A stretch of DNA of 32,606 nucleotides from a virus. The stretch is from positions 1 through 32,606 of IMG/VR virus record IMGVR_UViG_3300045988_166454. One strand, 5' to 3'. A model generated the notes under the pieces. That model was not told the DNA's origin, searched no databases, and was given only the letters and a program-made list of their open reading frames with translations. Shown piece by piece: positions 8,103 to 16,428 of this stretch (its first letter is position 1; each line of letters opens with the position of its first letter). The position numbers and the translations under genes were made by a program.

Positions 8103-10313
8103 ATGACGTGGTGGTCCGGATCCTCTGGCTATCTGATGGTCGGAATTGACATCTATCAGCACGGGGATCCGAACTCTGGCTCCATCGAGCTGGAAATCGT
8201 CTACCGCGTCAAGGCAGATGGATACGGCCACAATTGGAGCAACACGCTCCATCGCTGGGGCGAGGTCTCCGGCGACGTGAATTTCTCCTTCTCGTCGGCT
8301 CGCGGGGGATACGACGAGAAGGAGATTAGCCGTGAGCGCCGAACCTACCGCACCGAGTACGGCAGCGGGCGTCACGTTGAATTCTCCGCGTCGATCGGCC
8401 CGATCTGGAACGGCGGAGCACCGCAGCTCACTGTCGGCTGGGACATCCCGGCCAAGTCGTGGGGGAACCCACCGACCCCGAGTAATTTCACCGCGGCGTC
8501 CCGGTCGGATGGCACTGTCCTCGTCACGTGGGGCATGACAAACGATCCGAACGCTCCGGCGGATTGGCTCGGCGTCGACCGCTGGGATGCCTCAAGCGCT
8601 CAGTATCGTCGCCTCGCTAACCTCCCGGCATCGGCTCGCAGCTGGGTCGACAAGAATGTGCCCGCGAATGATCAGTATCGCTGGCGGATTCACGCTTGGC
8701 GAAATGATGGGGCGGAATCCGGCTGGGTCGAGAACAAGGCAGGCTCGTCTAACACGACCGCTCCTGGCGACCTGTACTCGACGCCCGGCGCCCCGAAGGA
8801 CGTCAAGGCCTCCAAGATCACCGGCGGAGCCATCCGCATCACGTGGACTAAGACCACTCCGTATCGTGATCAGTGGGGCGTCGAGATCTGGGACGGAGAA
8901 ACAAAAGTTGGCACCGCACCTGCTGGCGCGACCTCGTGGACTCACTCGTCTTTCAATCCATCGATTACCCATCAGTATCGCGTCCGTCAGCTCGGACCCG
9001 GAGGCCTCGTATCCCCATACAGCGAGACATCCAATAGCGTCTATGTCTTGTCCGTCCCGGGGACTCCCGGAGGCCTCAAGCCTCAAGGATCGACGATCCC
9101 GATGGGCGAGGGCCTGCTCGAATGGATCCACGCCACTCAAGACACAACAGCGCAAACTAAAGCTCAGATTCGTCTGCGCTCTCGAGGCGCGTCCGACTGG
9201 TCGACCTACACGGTCACCGGCGACTCCCAGCAGTACAGCGTCGCGGCTTTCAGCGAGGGCACCTACGAGTGGCAAGTCCGAACGTGGGGCATGTACAAGA
9301 GTGGGGAAGAAGCGGGTGCGTCGCCTTGGAGCGCGGTCTCAAGCTTCCTAATCGCTGCCCGACCGACCGCAGGCATCCTCTCTCCTGAGACGCGGATTGA
9401 CACAAGCCAGCTAGTCGTCCGTTGGTCTTACTACCAGCCTTCGGCTGCTCGGCAGACTCTCGCTCGCATCCAAGTCACGGATGTGACGGAGAATCGCGTC
9501 GTCGCCGACCAAGTCATCCAGGGCGCAGCGTCCTCCTACACGGTCACCGAGCGCGCAGTCAACGGCCACGAGTACACGACATCCGTCGTCGTGGTCTCTG
9601 ACGAAGGCCTCGAATCCAAACCGGCGACTCGCAAGAGCACAGTCCAATACGCACCACCGGAAGCGCCGAAAGTAACTGCTCAGTGGGATGACTCGACCGG
9701 CGTCGTCTCACTAGGCATCACCAATCCACCGCCCAAGGCCGGGAAGACAGTCGCAGCCGTCTCCAACCAAGTCGACCGATCCCAAGACGACGGGCAGACA
9801 TGGGAAACGATCGCAACTGACCTCCCGACCGACGTCACTGTCCAAGACCGCGAAGCTCCCTCCGGCGGCAAGACCCTTTACCGGGTCACGGCCTCAAGCG
9901 TCACTCCCTCATCCGAGTCGACGACAGTCACCATCACCGCGGCCAGTCGCCAAGTCTGGATCTCCGGAGGCCCGGGATACCGAACCTGCGTCGGCTTCAA
10001 GTACGAGCCAGAAGTAACCATTACTCCAAGCCTCCTACACCGCGAGGTCAAGCACTTCGCGGGCCGCGCTCGCGGCGTGGAAGTTACGGGGACTGCGGTG
10101 CAGCGCTCGATCGCAATCAGCGCGGTCCTCACCGACGCCGAGTACGCGACGCACGTGCAGAAGCTGGAGGAGCTTGCAATTCTCCCTGCTCCTTTCTTGT
10201 ATCGCGACCCTCTTGGTCGTCGGATTTACTGCAGCTTGTCGTCGATCTCGGCGCCTCGCAGCGTCGGCGGCATCTGGAAGATCTCGCTTGAGCTTGAGGA
10301 GGTCGAAGCGTGA
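8103..10313 (+). CDS. Distal tail protein (Dit-like C-terminus) with about five FN3-like modules
   Basis: 736 aa directly after the tape measure gene. Repeated ~90-aa units have FN3 hallmarks (P-x-P..., W...Y-R-V/W). The C-terminal ~130 aa resemble a siphovirus tail component. Confidence 0.65.
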   Translation: MTWWSGSSGYLMVGIDIYQHGDPNSGSIELEIVYRVKADGYGHNWSNTLHRWGEVSGDVNFSFSSARGGYDEKEISRERRTYRTEYGSGRHVEFSASIGPIWNGGAPQLTVGWDIPAKSWGNPPTPSNFTAASRSDGTVLVTWGMTNDPNAPADWLGVDRWDASSAQYRRLANLPASARSWVDKNVPANDQYRWRIHAWRNDGAESGWVENKAGSSNTTAPGDLYSTPGAPKDVKASKITGGAIRITWTKTTPYRDQWGVEIWDGETKVGTAPAGATSWTHSSFNPSITHQYRVRQLGPGGLVSPYSETSNSVYVLSVPGTPGGLKPQGSTIPMGEGLLEWIHATQDTTAQTKAQIRLRSRGASDWSTYTVTGDSQQYSVAAFSEGTYEWQVRTWGMYKSGEEAGASPWSAVSSFLIAARPTAGILSPETRIDTSQLVVRWSYYQPSAARQTLARIQVTDVTENRVVADQVIQGAASSYTVTERAVNGHEYTTSVVVVSDEGLESKPATRKSTVQYAPPEAPKVTAQWDDSTGVVSLGITNPPPKAGKTVAAVSNQVDRSQDDGQTWETIATDLPTDVTVQDREAPSGGKTLYRVTASSVTPSSESTTVTITAASRQVWISGGPGYRTCVGFKYEPEVTITPSLLHREVKHFAGRARGVEVTGTAVQRSIAISAVLTDAEYATHVQKLEELAILPAPFLYRDPLGRRIYCSLSSISAPRSVGGIWKISLELEEVEA

Positions 10314-11347
10314 GCCTGACAGGCCATCGGCAAGCGTCGATCGAGGTAATCCTTCTCGACTCGAGCGAACGCGGGAAAGGCCGTCTCGACGGAGTCGAAG
10401 GCGGAGAAGTGTCGATGAGCGCGGGCTCGCGCCTACGCACATCGGGGACGCTGAATCTTGTCGACCGGGGGCAGGAGATCGATTGGGCGAAAGACCGCGT
10501 CAAAATCGTCTACAAGCTCGCGAGCGGTGAGTCGTGGCCTCTTGGGGTCTTTCTCTTTGCCTCGCCGAAGATGTCTTACAGCGAGGGCGGATCGAGCCTC
10601 CAAGTCGAGCTGATCTCAAAGCTCTCACTCTTGGACGGGGATGCTTTCGTCGCGGCCTACCAGACAGTCCCGTCGAATCATCCTCTCGCGCATGTCCGTC
10701 ACCTGCTCACCGACGTGTCCCCAGTGAATATCAGTGATGGTGGTCCGATGCTCACGTCGTCGATGGTCTGGGATGCAGGGACTCCGAAACTCACTGCAAT
10801 TAATGACATCCTGCAGGCGATCGGCTTTTGGTCCCTGACTGTCGGCGCAGGCGGAGCCTTCGAGGCATCGCCTTACGTGGAGCCTTTGCGTCGTGCGAAA
10901 GTCTGGGACTTCGTGGAAGGCGAGAACGCGATTCACCTCGCGGATTTCACGCGCGAGCAAGACCTAGCGGCTATCCCAAATCGTTACATTTGCGTCAGCC
11001 AGGGCAGCGGAGAAAAAGCCGGATTCGTCGGATATGCCGAGAATCGTGATCCTGCGTCTCCCGCGTCCTATCAAGCTCGAGGCCGCTGGGTCTCGAAAGT
11101 AGAAACGGGCGTGGAGGCAGCTAACCAACAGGTGATCACTGACCTCGCGAAGCGACGCCTCGCAGCAGCGTCGGGAGCCGTCGGCAAAATCGAGATCCAG
11201 CATCTGCCTTTGCCGCTCGCTCCTAATGACCTCGTTGGCTATCGATCTGGAGGCGTAAGCGTCCTAGCGACGGTCCAAGAGACGCGGATCCAGCTCGAGC
11301 CGACAGCGCTGCAGACAACGACCTTGAAGGAGGTAGGCCGATGGTAG
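10310..11347 (+). CDS. Minor tail / tail-tip (Tal-like) protein
   Basis: 345 aa. GTGA overlap with the upstream gene. Synteny only. Confidence 0.5.
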   Translation: MSLTGHRQASIEVILLDSSERGKGRLDGVEGGEVSMSAGSRLRTSGTLNLVDRGQEIDWAKDRVKIVYKLASGESWPLGVFLFASPKMSYSEGGSSLQVELISKLSLLDGDAFVAAYQTVPSNHPLAHVRHLLTDVSPVNISDGGPMLTSSMVWDAGTPKLTAINDILQAIGFWSLTVGAGGAFEASPYVEPLRRAKVWDFVEGENAIHLADFTREQDLAAIPNRYICVSQGSGEKAGFVGYAENRDPASPASYQARGRWVSKVETGVEAANQQVITDLAKRRLAAASGAVGKIEIQHLPLPLAPNDLVGYRSGGVSVLATVQETRIQLEPTALQTTTLKEVGRW

Positions 11348-12090
11348 AAGACCTCACGACCTTCCTAGCCGAGCAGCTCGAGGCAGTCGCGGGAATCGCA
11401 GGCGAGAAAGTCTCCCTCCGATGGGGGACAATCTCAGCCCTCAATCCCGTCTCGGTCATCCTCGACGGCCAATCCGCAGCACTGACAAGTATCGACATTG
11501 TCGGCGCTCCAGTCCAAGGGCAGCGCGTCCCAGTCCTACTGGCCGCGCGCCGCGCGCTCGTCCTCGCATCCGGCAGCGCAGCGGCAGTACAGACGAGTCC
11601 AGCCGTCCCCGTGGGCACGGTCATCGACTATGCGGGTGCGTCTGCTCCGGAGGATTACCTGCTCTGCGATGGCTCGACCTATCCAGTTGTCCAGTATCCC
11701 CAGCTCGCACAAGTCCTCGGCGGGCGCTTCCGCTTCGGGGACATGTTCCGGGTCCCGGATCTACGAGGCCGCGTCTCAGTCATGGCAGACGGCTCCGGAG
11801 AATTCTCCTCCGTCGGGCAGACCGGCGGAGAAAAGCGGCATCAGATCACGATCGCGGAGATGCCAGCTCACCGTCACGCGGGCAACGATCGCACGTGGTT
11901 TGACCGGCAAAAACGCAACGGCAGGCAGTCTTTTATTTCCCTGAATCAGTCCAATGGATCGTGGATCGCGACTGCTGCGAATGATGGCCTCACCACTGGG
12001 GATACGGAGACCGGGCAGACCGGCGGCAATCAGTCTATGAGCCTTCTGCAGCCGTATTACACGGTACAGAAGATCATTCGAGCCAAATAA
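11341..12090 (+). CDS. Tail fibre / receptor-binding protein with phage tail-collar domain
   Basis: GTVIDYAGASAPEDYLLCDGSTYPVVQYPQLAQVLGGRFRFGDMFRVPDLRGRV matches the tail-collar motif (G.I..fag...P.GWL.CDG...Y..L...LG...F.lPDLRGR). Confidence 0.75.
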   Translation: MVEDLTTFLAEQLEAVAGIAGEKVSLRWGTISALNPVSVILDGQSAALTSIDIVGAPVQGQRVPVLLAARRALVLASGSAAAVQTSPAVPVGTVIDYAGASAPEDYLLCDGSTYPVVQYPQLAQVLGGRFRFGDMFRVPDLRGRVSVMADGSGEFSSVGQTGGEKRHQITIAEMPAHRHAGNDRTWFDRQKRNGRQSFISLNQSNGSWIATAANDGLTTGDTETGQTGGNQSMSLLQPYYTVQKIIRAK

Positions 12091-12104
12091 GGAGAAATGC
12101 CTAG

Positions 12105-12371
12105 ATGGCTATATTCACGGACTCAATCACCAAAGCTTCGATCGACCTCGCGACTCTTACGGATCGTGATCTCGCGGAGCTGCAGACGCTGGCCGAGTGG
12201 GAGATTCATCGTCGATCGGTGATCGCTGAGTCTCCCGAGAAGCTCAAGGCTCTTTTCGAGGAGTACGAGGCCGCGGGAGGCAATCGAGGCATCCTACTCG
12301 ACCGCGTCGATCCGTCCCTGCGCGCTCCCGATCCGTCGACGCTCCCTCCCGCGGTCGAAGAGCCTCTCTGA
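12105..12371 (+). CDS. Hypothetical protein (tail/lysis junction)
   Basis: 88-aa ORF with SD aaggag. Confidence 0.5.
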   Translation: MAIFTDSITKASIDLATLTDRDLAELQTLAEWEIHRRSVIAESPEKLKALFEEYEAAGGNRGILLDRVDPSLRAPDPSTLPPAVEEPL

Positions 12372-12430
12372 TCCCCGATCCGATCCAACCTCATCCCATC
12401 CCGTCCAATCCATATGGAAGAAGGAACACA

Positions 12431-12529
12431 GTGCAGCTAGATCACGACAACGAGGAAACGAAGGTCCGTCAGATGCCCGAATTCGGGGACGGACCTGCAG
12501 ACCCGAAGACTGGAAACGAGGAGGCGTAA
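12431..12529 (+). CDS. Possible 32-aa acidic micro-ORF
   Basis: GTG after gaaggaa. It ends 2 nt before the endolysin ATG. Below the ORF-track cutoff; found by manual translation. Confidence 0.2.
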   Translation: MQLDHDNEETKVRQMPEFGDGPADPKTGNEEA

Positions 12530-12531
12530 CG

Positions 12532-13380
12532 ATGACAGAAGCGACACAGGTACTGGATATCGCAGGATCTCAGGTAGGTTACACGCGCTGGGATGACCCG
12601 GAAGAAGGCAGTAAGTATGGCCGTTGGTACGCTGAAAAGACTGGCTCAGGTTACTTTGGCGCGTCTGGCGTTCCGTTCTGTGCGATGGGCGTCTCGTGGG
12701 TCCTCGATCAGGCAGGCACGAGCCTTCTCGGGGATGGACGCCTCTACGCTTATGTGCCTTGGATGGTGCGCGACGCTTCACAAGTCGGTCGTCTAGTAGG
12801 TTTCTACGACATTCAGCCCGGCGACGTACTTTGCTTCGACTGGGACGTCGACGGCCTCGCCGATCACACCGGCTTCGCCGACTACCGCGTCGGTGAATAC
12901 GTCCATACGGTCGAATTCAACACGTCCAGCGGCGCGGGCTCGCAATCCAATGGAGGCGGCGTCTACCGCCGCATCCGTGCCCATGACGACATCTGCGCTG
13001 TCATTCGACCGGCCTACGCTCCAGCGCCCGCAGGAGACGGCACGCTCACGGTAGATGGTTACTGGGGCGCAGACACGACCCGGAAGCTGCAGGAAATCCT
13101 CGGCACGACCGTCGACGGCATCGTATCCAGCCAAGACGAAGACTACGAGGACGATAATCCCGGCCTCACAACCGGCTGGGAATGGGTAGCCATGCCCGAA
13201 GGAAGCGCAGTGATCGAAGCGCTGCAGGCCACACTCGGCGTCGAGCAGGACGGAATCTTCGGACCCGAGACCGTCCACGCTCTCGAAGCTCACTACGGCT
13301 TCGAGCCGGATGAAGGTCTCGATGCTCCGTCAGACACCGTCCGCGCACTCCAGCGTGCACTCAACAACGATGCAATCTAA
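12532..13380 (+). CDS. Endolysin 1: CHAP-type peptidase plus C-terminal peptidoglycan-binding repeats
   Basis: The N-terminus (GVPFCAMGVSWV with catalytic Cys context, then DHTGF) is CHAP-like. The C-terminus has DGYWG..T...LQ..LG...DG repeats. Confidence 0.75.
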   Translation: MTEATQVLDIAGSQVGYTRWDDPEEGSKYGRWYAEKTGSGYFGASGVPFCAMGVSWVLDQAGTSLLGDGRLYAYVPWMVRDASQVGRLVGFYDIQPGDVLCFDWDVDGLADHTGFADYRVGEYVHTVEFNTSSGAGSQSNGGGVYRRIRAHDDICAVIRPAYAPAPAGDGTLTVDGYWGADTTRKLQEILGTTVDGIVSSQDEDYEDDNPGLTTGWEWVAMPEGSAVIEALQATLGVEQDGIFGPETVHALEAHYGFEPDEGLDAPSDTVRALQRALNNDAI

Positions 13381-13389
13381 GGAGCAACC

Positions 13390-13455
13390 ATGACACCCGA
13401 AATCATCACAATCGCATCAATCCCCGCAGCATTTTCGCTGTGGGTTTTCGTATAA
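13390..13455 (+). CDS. Possible 21-aa hydrophobic micro-ORF (MTPEIITIASIPAAFSLWVFV)
   Basis: ATG after ggag. A single TM-like peptide between the two lysin genes. Confidence 0.2.
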   Translation: MTPEIITIASIPAAFSLWVFV

Positions 13456-13465
13456 GGAGTGGAAA

Positions 13466-14305
13466 ATGACATTTCGAGTTATTTCTGGCGCGCCAATGGC
13501 CGCGCATTACACCGAGGGTAGAGAACTCGCGATTGACAGTATTGTTGTTCACCATTGGGGGGCGCCAGAACAGTACGCGGGGGTTGATGATTTAAGCGCG
13601 ATGTATAGTGTCGCGAATATGTTCGCTGGCGGCGGCCGGCGCACGTCAGCGCACTATATTCTTGCGGCAGGTATGGTGATGCCAATCGTCCGCGAAAGCG
13701 ACACAGCATGGCACGCGGGCGACTGGAAAATGAATTCGCGATCTATTGGGATCGAGTGTCACCCTCGGGCAAGCGACGATGACCTGCGAACCTTGGTCGA
13801 GCTGATTGACAAGCTACGACAGTTTTACGGCAAGCTCAAGGTCTACGCGCATAACGACATCATTGCGACCGCGTGTCCAGGGCGCTACGGCAGGCACATG
13901 CGGGCTTTTCAGCTGGCCGGGCAAGGCAATCCTCATGAGGGCGGACATACCGGGAGTGCAGGTCTTGACGTTGACGGCTATTGGGGGAGTACTACAACTC
14001 TTGCGCTTCAACGGGTCCTTGGGACGCATCAAGATGGCGTGGTTTCCAGTCAGGATGTTTATTGGAAGGGCTCAAACCCGGGGCTTGTTTCTGGTTGGGA
14101 GTGGGTTGCCTCCACTAGCGCGGTCGGTTCCTCGGTTATTGCCGCCATGCAGCGCCGTCTTGGTGTTAAGGCTGATGGTCTTGTCGGTCCGGGAACTTTC
14201 CGCGCGCTGCAAAGCTATCTTGGGACCCCTGTAGACGGGGTGGTAAGTGAAGGGTCGGCGATGGTTATGGCCTTGCAGAAGCGCCTCAACGAAGGCCGCT
14301 TCTGA
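13466..14305 (+). CDS. Endolysin 2: N-acetylmuramoyl-L-alanine amidase (Amidase_2/PGRP fold) plus the same C-terminal wall-binding module as endolysin 1
   Basis: IVVHHWG...SAHYIL...TAWHAG...IGIECH...HNDI..TACPG is the amidase_2 pattern. The C-terminal ~115 aa align with the tail of endolysin 1. Confidence 0.8.
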   Translation: MTFRVISGAPMAAHYTEGRELAIDSIVVHHWGAPEQYAGVDDLSAMYSVANMFAGGGRRTSAHYILAAGMVMPIVRESDTAWHAGDWKMNSRSIGIECHPRASDDDLRTLVELIDKLRQFYGKLKVYAHNDIIATACPGRYGRHMRAFQLAGQGNPHEGGHTGSAGLDVDGYWGSTTTLALQRVLGTHQDGVVSSQDVYWKGSNPGLVSGWEWVASTSAVGSSVIAAMQRRLGVKADGLVGPGTFRALQSYLGTPVDGVVSEGSAMVMALQKRLNEGRF

Positions 14306-14372
14306 AAGTCTTTAGTTTTCTGCCGCTCTAGGCTAGCCTTGTAGCATTTCCCGCTGCGGTTCGGAGGCTGGG

Positions 14373-14774
14373 GTGAAGAAGAAACTGTTCGCGTGTGTGC
14401 TTGTCCTCGTGTTGGGGGCCTCGTTTGTCGCGTGGCGCTATGGTTTTTTGTTTCCCACGCAGCGTGCGTGCCAGGAGGTCGGCAGCGCCTACGAAAAATA
14501 TGCGGCTGTCGTTTACCGCTCTCCGGCTTCTGGCCTGCCGAGCGAGGCGTATACGCGGGAATTGGAAGAGGCGCGCGATGAGTTGGGCCAGAAGGTTTCG
14601 TGGGCGCTTCGGCTGGATGTATCGTACGAGGCTAAAGATGCTTTGAACGATGTCCTCTCCGTGGTTGGCGCGGCGGAAAAATTAGACCGCGTTGAGGGCG
14701 CGGTTGCGCGCCTAGCGCAAACCTGCCGAGCCTCGGGCTATTCCGTCCGTATGCCCGCTCCCCCGCAAACATAA
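14373..14774 (+). CDS. N-terminally membrane-anchored or secreted protein of unknown function (moron-like)
   Basis: GTG after ggaggctgg. MKKKLFACVLVLVLGASFVAW hydrophobic N-terminus. Followed by its own terminator. Confidence 0.6.
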   Translation: MKKKLFACVLVLVLGASFVAWRYGFLFPTQRACQEVGSAYEKYAAVVYRSPASGLPSEAYTRELEEARDELGQKVSWALRLDVSYEAKDALNDVLSVVGAAEKLDRVEGAVARLAQTCRASGYSVRMPAPPQT

Positions 14775-14798
14775 CGAATATTTTTAACGCGCGCCCGA

Positions 14799-14829
14799 CC
14801 CGTCTGCCGCCTCCTGGCAGGCGGGTTTT
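14799..14829 (+). terminator. Intrinsic terminator
   Basis: cccgtctgcc-gcctcct-ggcaggcggg (one mismatch) followed by tttt. Confidence 0.6.
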
Positions 14830-14858
14830 GCGTGCCCAAAAATGAAAGGAAGACTCTG

Positions 14859-15197
14859 ATGTTTGGTTTAAATGTTGATCCGCTTGTTACGTGCGGTTTG
14901 GTGGGCTTCGCCTGGCCTCTCTTCCAGGCGGCCATGGATAAGCCCTACTGGACGCCTGCCCGCCGCCGCGTCTTGGCTCTCACGGCGGGTCTGGTGTTGT
15001 CTTTTGTCGTGTGGTGGGCTGGGGCGTATCCCTTGTCCTGGCAGCTGATCGCCTCCCAGGCCTCGGTCATCATCGCCGCAGCAGCAACAGCATTCACGGC
15101 GCTCAAGTCCTTAGGCGTGATCGACTGGGTAGGACGCGCCACGCCGGGCGGCGAGACTTACACAGCTCGACATTCCAACGAAGAAGGCGCTGAGTGA
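14859..15197 (+). CDS. Holin-like membrane protein (2-3 TM segments)
   Basis: ATG at 14859 after gaaaggaag. Hydrophobic segments (LVGFAWPLF, LALTAGLVLSFVVWWAGAY, VIIAAAATAFTAL) and a charged C-terminus. Adjacent to the lysins. Confidence 0.6.
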   Translation: MFGLNVDPLVTCGLVGFAWPLFQAAMDKPYWTPARRRVLALTAGLVLSFVVWWAGAYPLSWQLIASQASVIIAAAATAFTALKSLGVIDWVGRATPGGETYTARHSNEEGAE

Positions 15198-15682
15198 GCT
15201 TTGCACAGACATTTTTAAGCAGCACCTTACCTTTCCATGATCCGCTCTGGATCACCGCCATAGGCGGCCTTATCACCGCCTGCGGTGGTGTGATCGGCGG
15301 CATGTTCGGAGCGATTAGTGCTGTGTCTAAAAGCCACCGCGAGACCGAGAAGAAGCTCGACTCGATCCGCGAGCTGGCACATGAGGCGAAAGAACAGACC
15401 ACTAACAGTCACGGGACAAACATGCGCGACGACCTGGACGCATTGGGGGATAAACTCGATGCGCTGGGTGAGCGTCTTGGTGTGGTCGCAAAGCAGGTAG
15501 CAGCCGTCGCGCACACCCAGCAGCTGCAGGGGCAAGAGATCAATGCTCACGGCAAGGTGCTCGCTCAGCTTCAGGCAGCTCAGCAGCAGGACCGAGCCGA
15601 GCGAATCGCTCTCGACGCGCATGCCCATGATGAGCATGAGCGGATCTGGCAAGAGCTGGATCGAATCAAGAAAAAGCTCTGA
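15194..15682 (+). CDS. Single-TM coiled-coil protein (lysis accessory?)
   Basis: GTGA overlap with the holin gene. TM segment WITAIGGLITACGGVIGGMFGAISAV followed by a long heptad-like helical region. Confidence 0.5.
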   Translation: MSFAQTFLSSTLPFHDPLWITAIGGLITACGGVIGGMFGAISAVSKSHRETEKKLDSIRELAHEAKEQTTNSHGTNMRDDLDALGDKLDALGERLGVVAKQVAAVAHTQQLQGQEINAHGKVLAQLQAAQQQDRAERIALDAHAHDEHERIWQELDRIKKKL

Positions 15683-15693
15683 GCGGGAAAACA

Positions 15694-15733
15694 GCCCTCT
15701 ATCTCCGAGAAATCGGGGGTAGAGGGCGTTTTT
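15694..15733. terminator. Terminator hairpin at a convergent gene junction
   Basis: gccctcta ... tagagggc stem followed by gttttt. Lies between the + lysis operon and the - XRE gene. Confidence 0.6.
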
Positions 15734-15752
15734 CGCGTGCTAGGAGCCTATA

Positions 15753-15812
15753 TTTTCTCTGAGAGGTCGTTTTTCGATAAAAAATATTGATTTCGACACG
15801 CTCAGCAGTTCG
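15753..15812 (+). repeat. 60-bp direct repeat, copy A
   Basis: ttttctctgagaggtc...cgataaaaaatattgatttcgacacgctcagcagttcg. About 80% identical by eye to copy B. Confidence 0.75.
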
Positions 15813-16071
15813 CGTCATACGCGCGCAGGTTGAGACAAGCATTGACTGCCAGGGCGTAGCGGAGAATAGTGTCGAGGCGAGGGTTTGCGTCGTAGTGCTC
15901 AAACTCTGCGACAGCAGGTTGGGTGACGCCGATACGCTCGGCGACATCTTTTTGCGTAAGACCACTTTGTTTACGCAGATCGACAAGGGTGCGTAAAAAG
16001 TTCTCACGCTCGTCATGTAGCTGAAGCGCGAGGGCTTCAAGCGATTCGAGGTCTAGATTCTCGATCTTCAT
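15802..16071 (-). CDS. XRE-family HTH protein (antitoxin-like, orphan)
   Basis: 89 aa. GLTQKDVAERIGVTQPAVAEFEHYDANPRLDTILRYALAV is a classic XRE/HigA-like HTH followed by an 'NP.L.TL.RYA.A' segment. Confidence 0.7.
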   Translation of the reverse strand: MKIENLDLESLEALALQLHDERENFLRTLVDLRKQSGLTQKDVAERIGVTQPAVAEFEHYDANPRLDTILRYALAVNACLNLRAYDANC

Positions 16072-16110
16072 AGGGAATACCCTATATTGTTCGTCGAATA
16101 GATCAAGGTA

Positions 16111-16170
16111 GTTTCGCTGAGAGGTCTATTCGCGATAAAAATATGTGATTTCGAGCCGCTCAGCAGTTCG
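16111..16170 (+). repeat. 60-bp direct repeat, copy B
   Basis: gtttcgctgagaggtc...cgataaaaatatgtgatttcgagccgctcagcagttcg. A cctatatt box lies upstream of both copies (15746 and 16081). Confidence 0.75.
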
Positions 16171-16189
16171 GGGGATCCGCGAGCGTTGG

Positions 16190-16412
16190 AGCGCCCCCGA
16201 TGCGCCCCCAAGTTTTTCTCTGTGTGTATTTGTGCAGGTCAGAGAGCCTAGCGGTGCGTTTCCCCCATCCTCCGCGATACGTCCCCGAGATCCGTTGAGA
16301 TCCCGGGGTTTTTCCTTTGTTTGCAACGGTTTTGGGCTGTGGGTATTGAAACCGATATATACCGATTGGTACGCTTGGGGGCGGTAAAAACGCCCCCAAT
16401 ACGCCCCCACCA
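16190..16412. other. Candidate attP region (arm-type repeat field upstream of int)
   Basis: Five copies of CGCCCCC(A/G)A-like motifs at ~16193, 16203, 16377 (inverted), 16391 and 16402 flank a ~160-bp non-coding core next to the integrase gene. Confidence 0.4.
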
Positions 16413-16428
16413 TTTTTGAGGATCGGCC

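Noticed and set aside
16161-16428. tRNA gene or tRNA 3' fragment at the putative attP
   Set aside because: No GGTTCGA-type T-arm, acceptor/CCA arrangement or cloverleaf could be recognised on either strand by eye. A tRNAscan/Aragorn run would be needed to be sure.
15802-16428. Complete HigB/HigA-type toxin-antitoxin pair
   Set aside because: Only the HTH antitoxin-like gene is present. The upstream 350 bp contain no credible ORF with an SD, so a TA system cannot be claimed.
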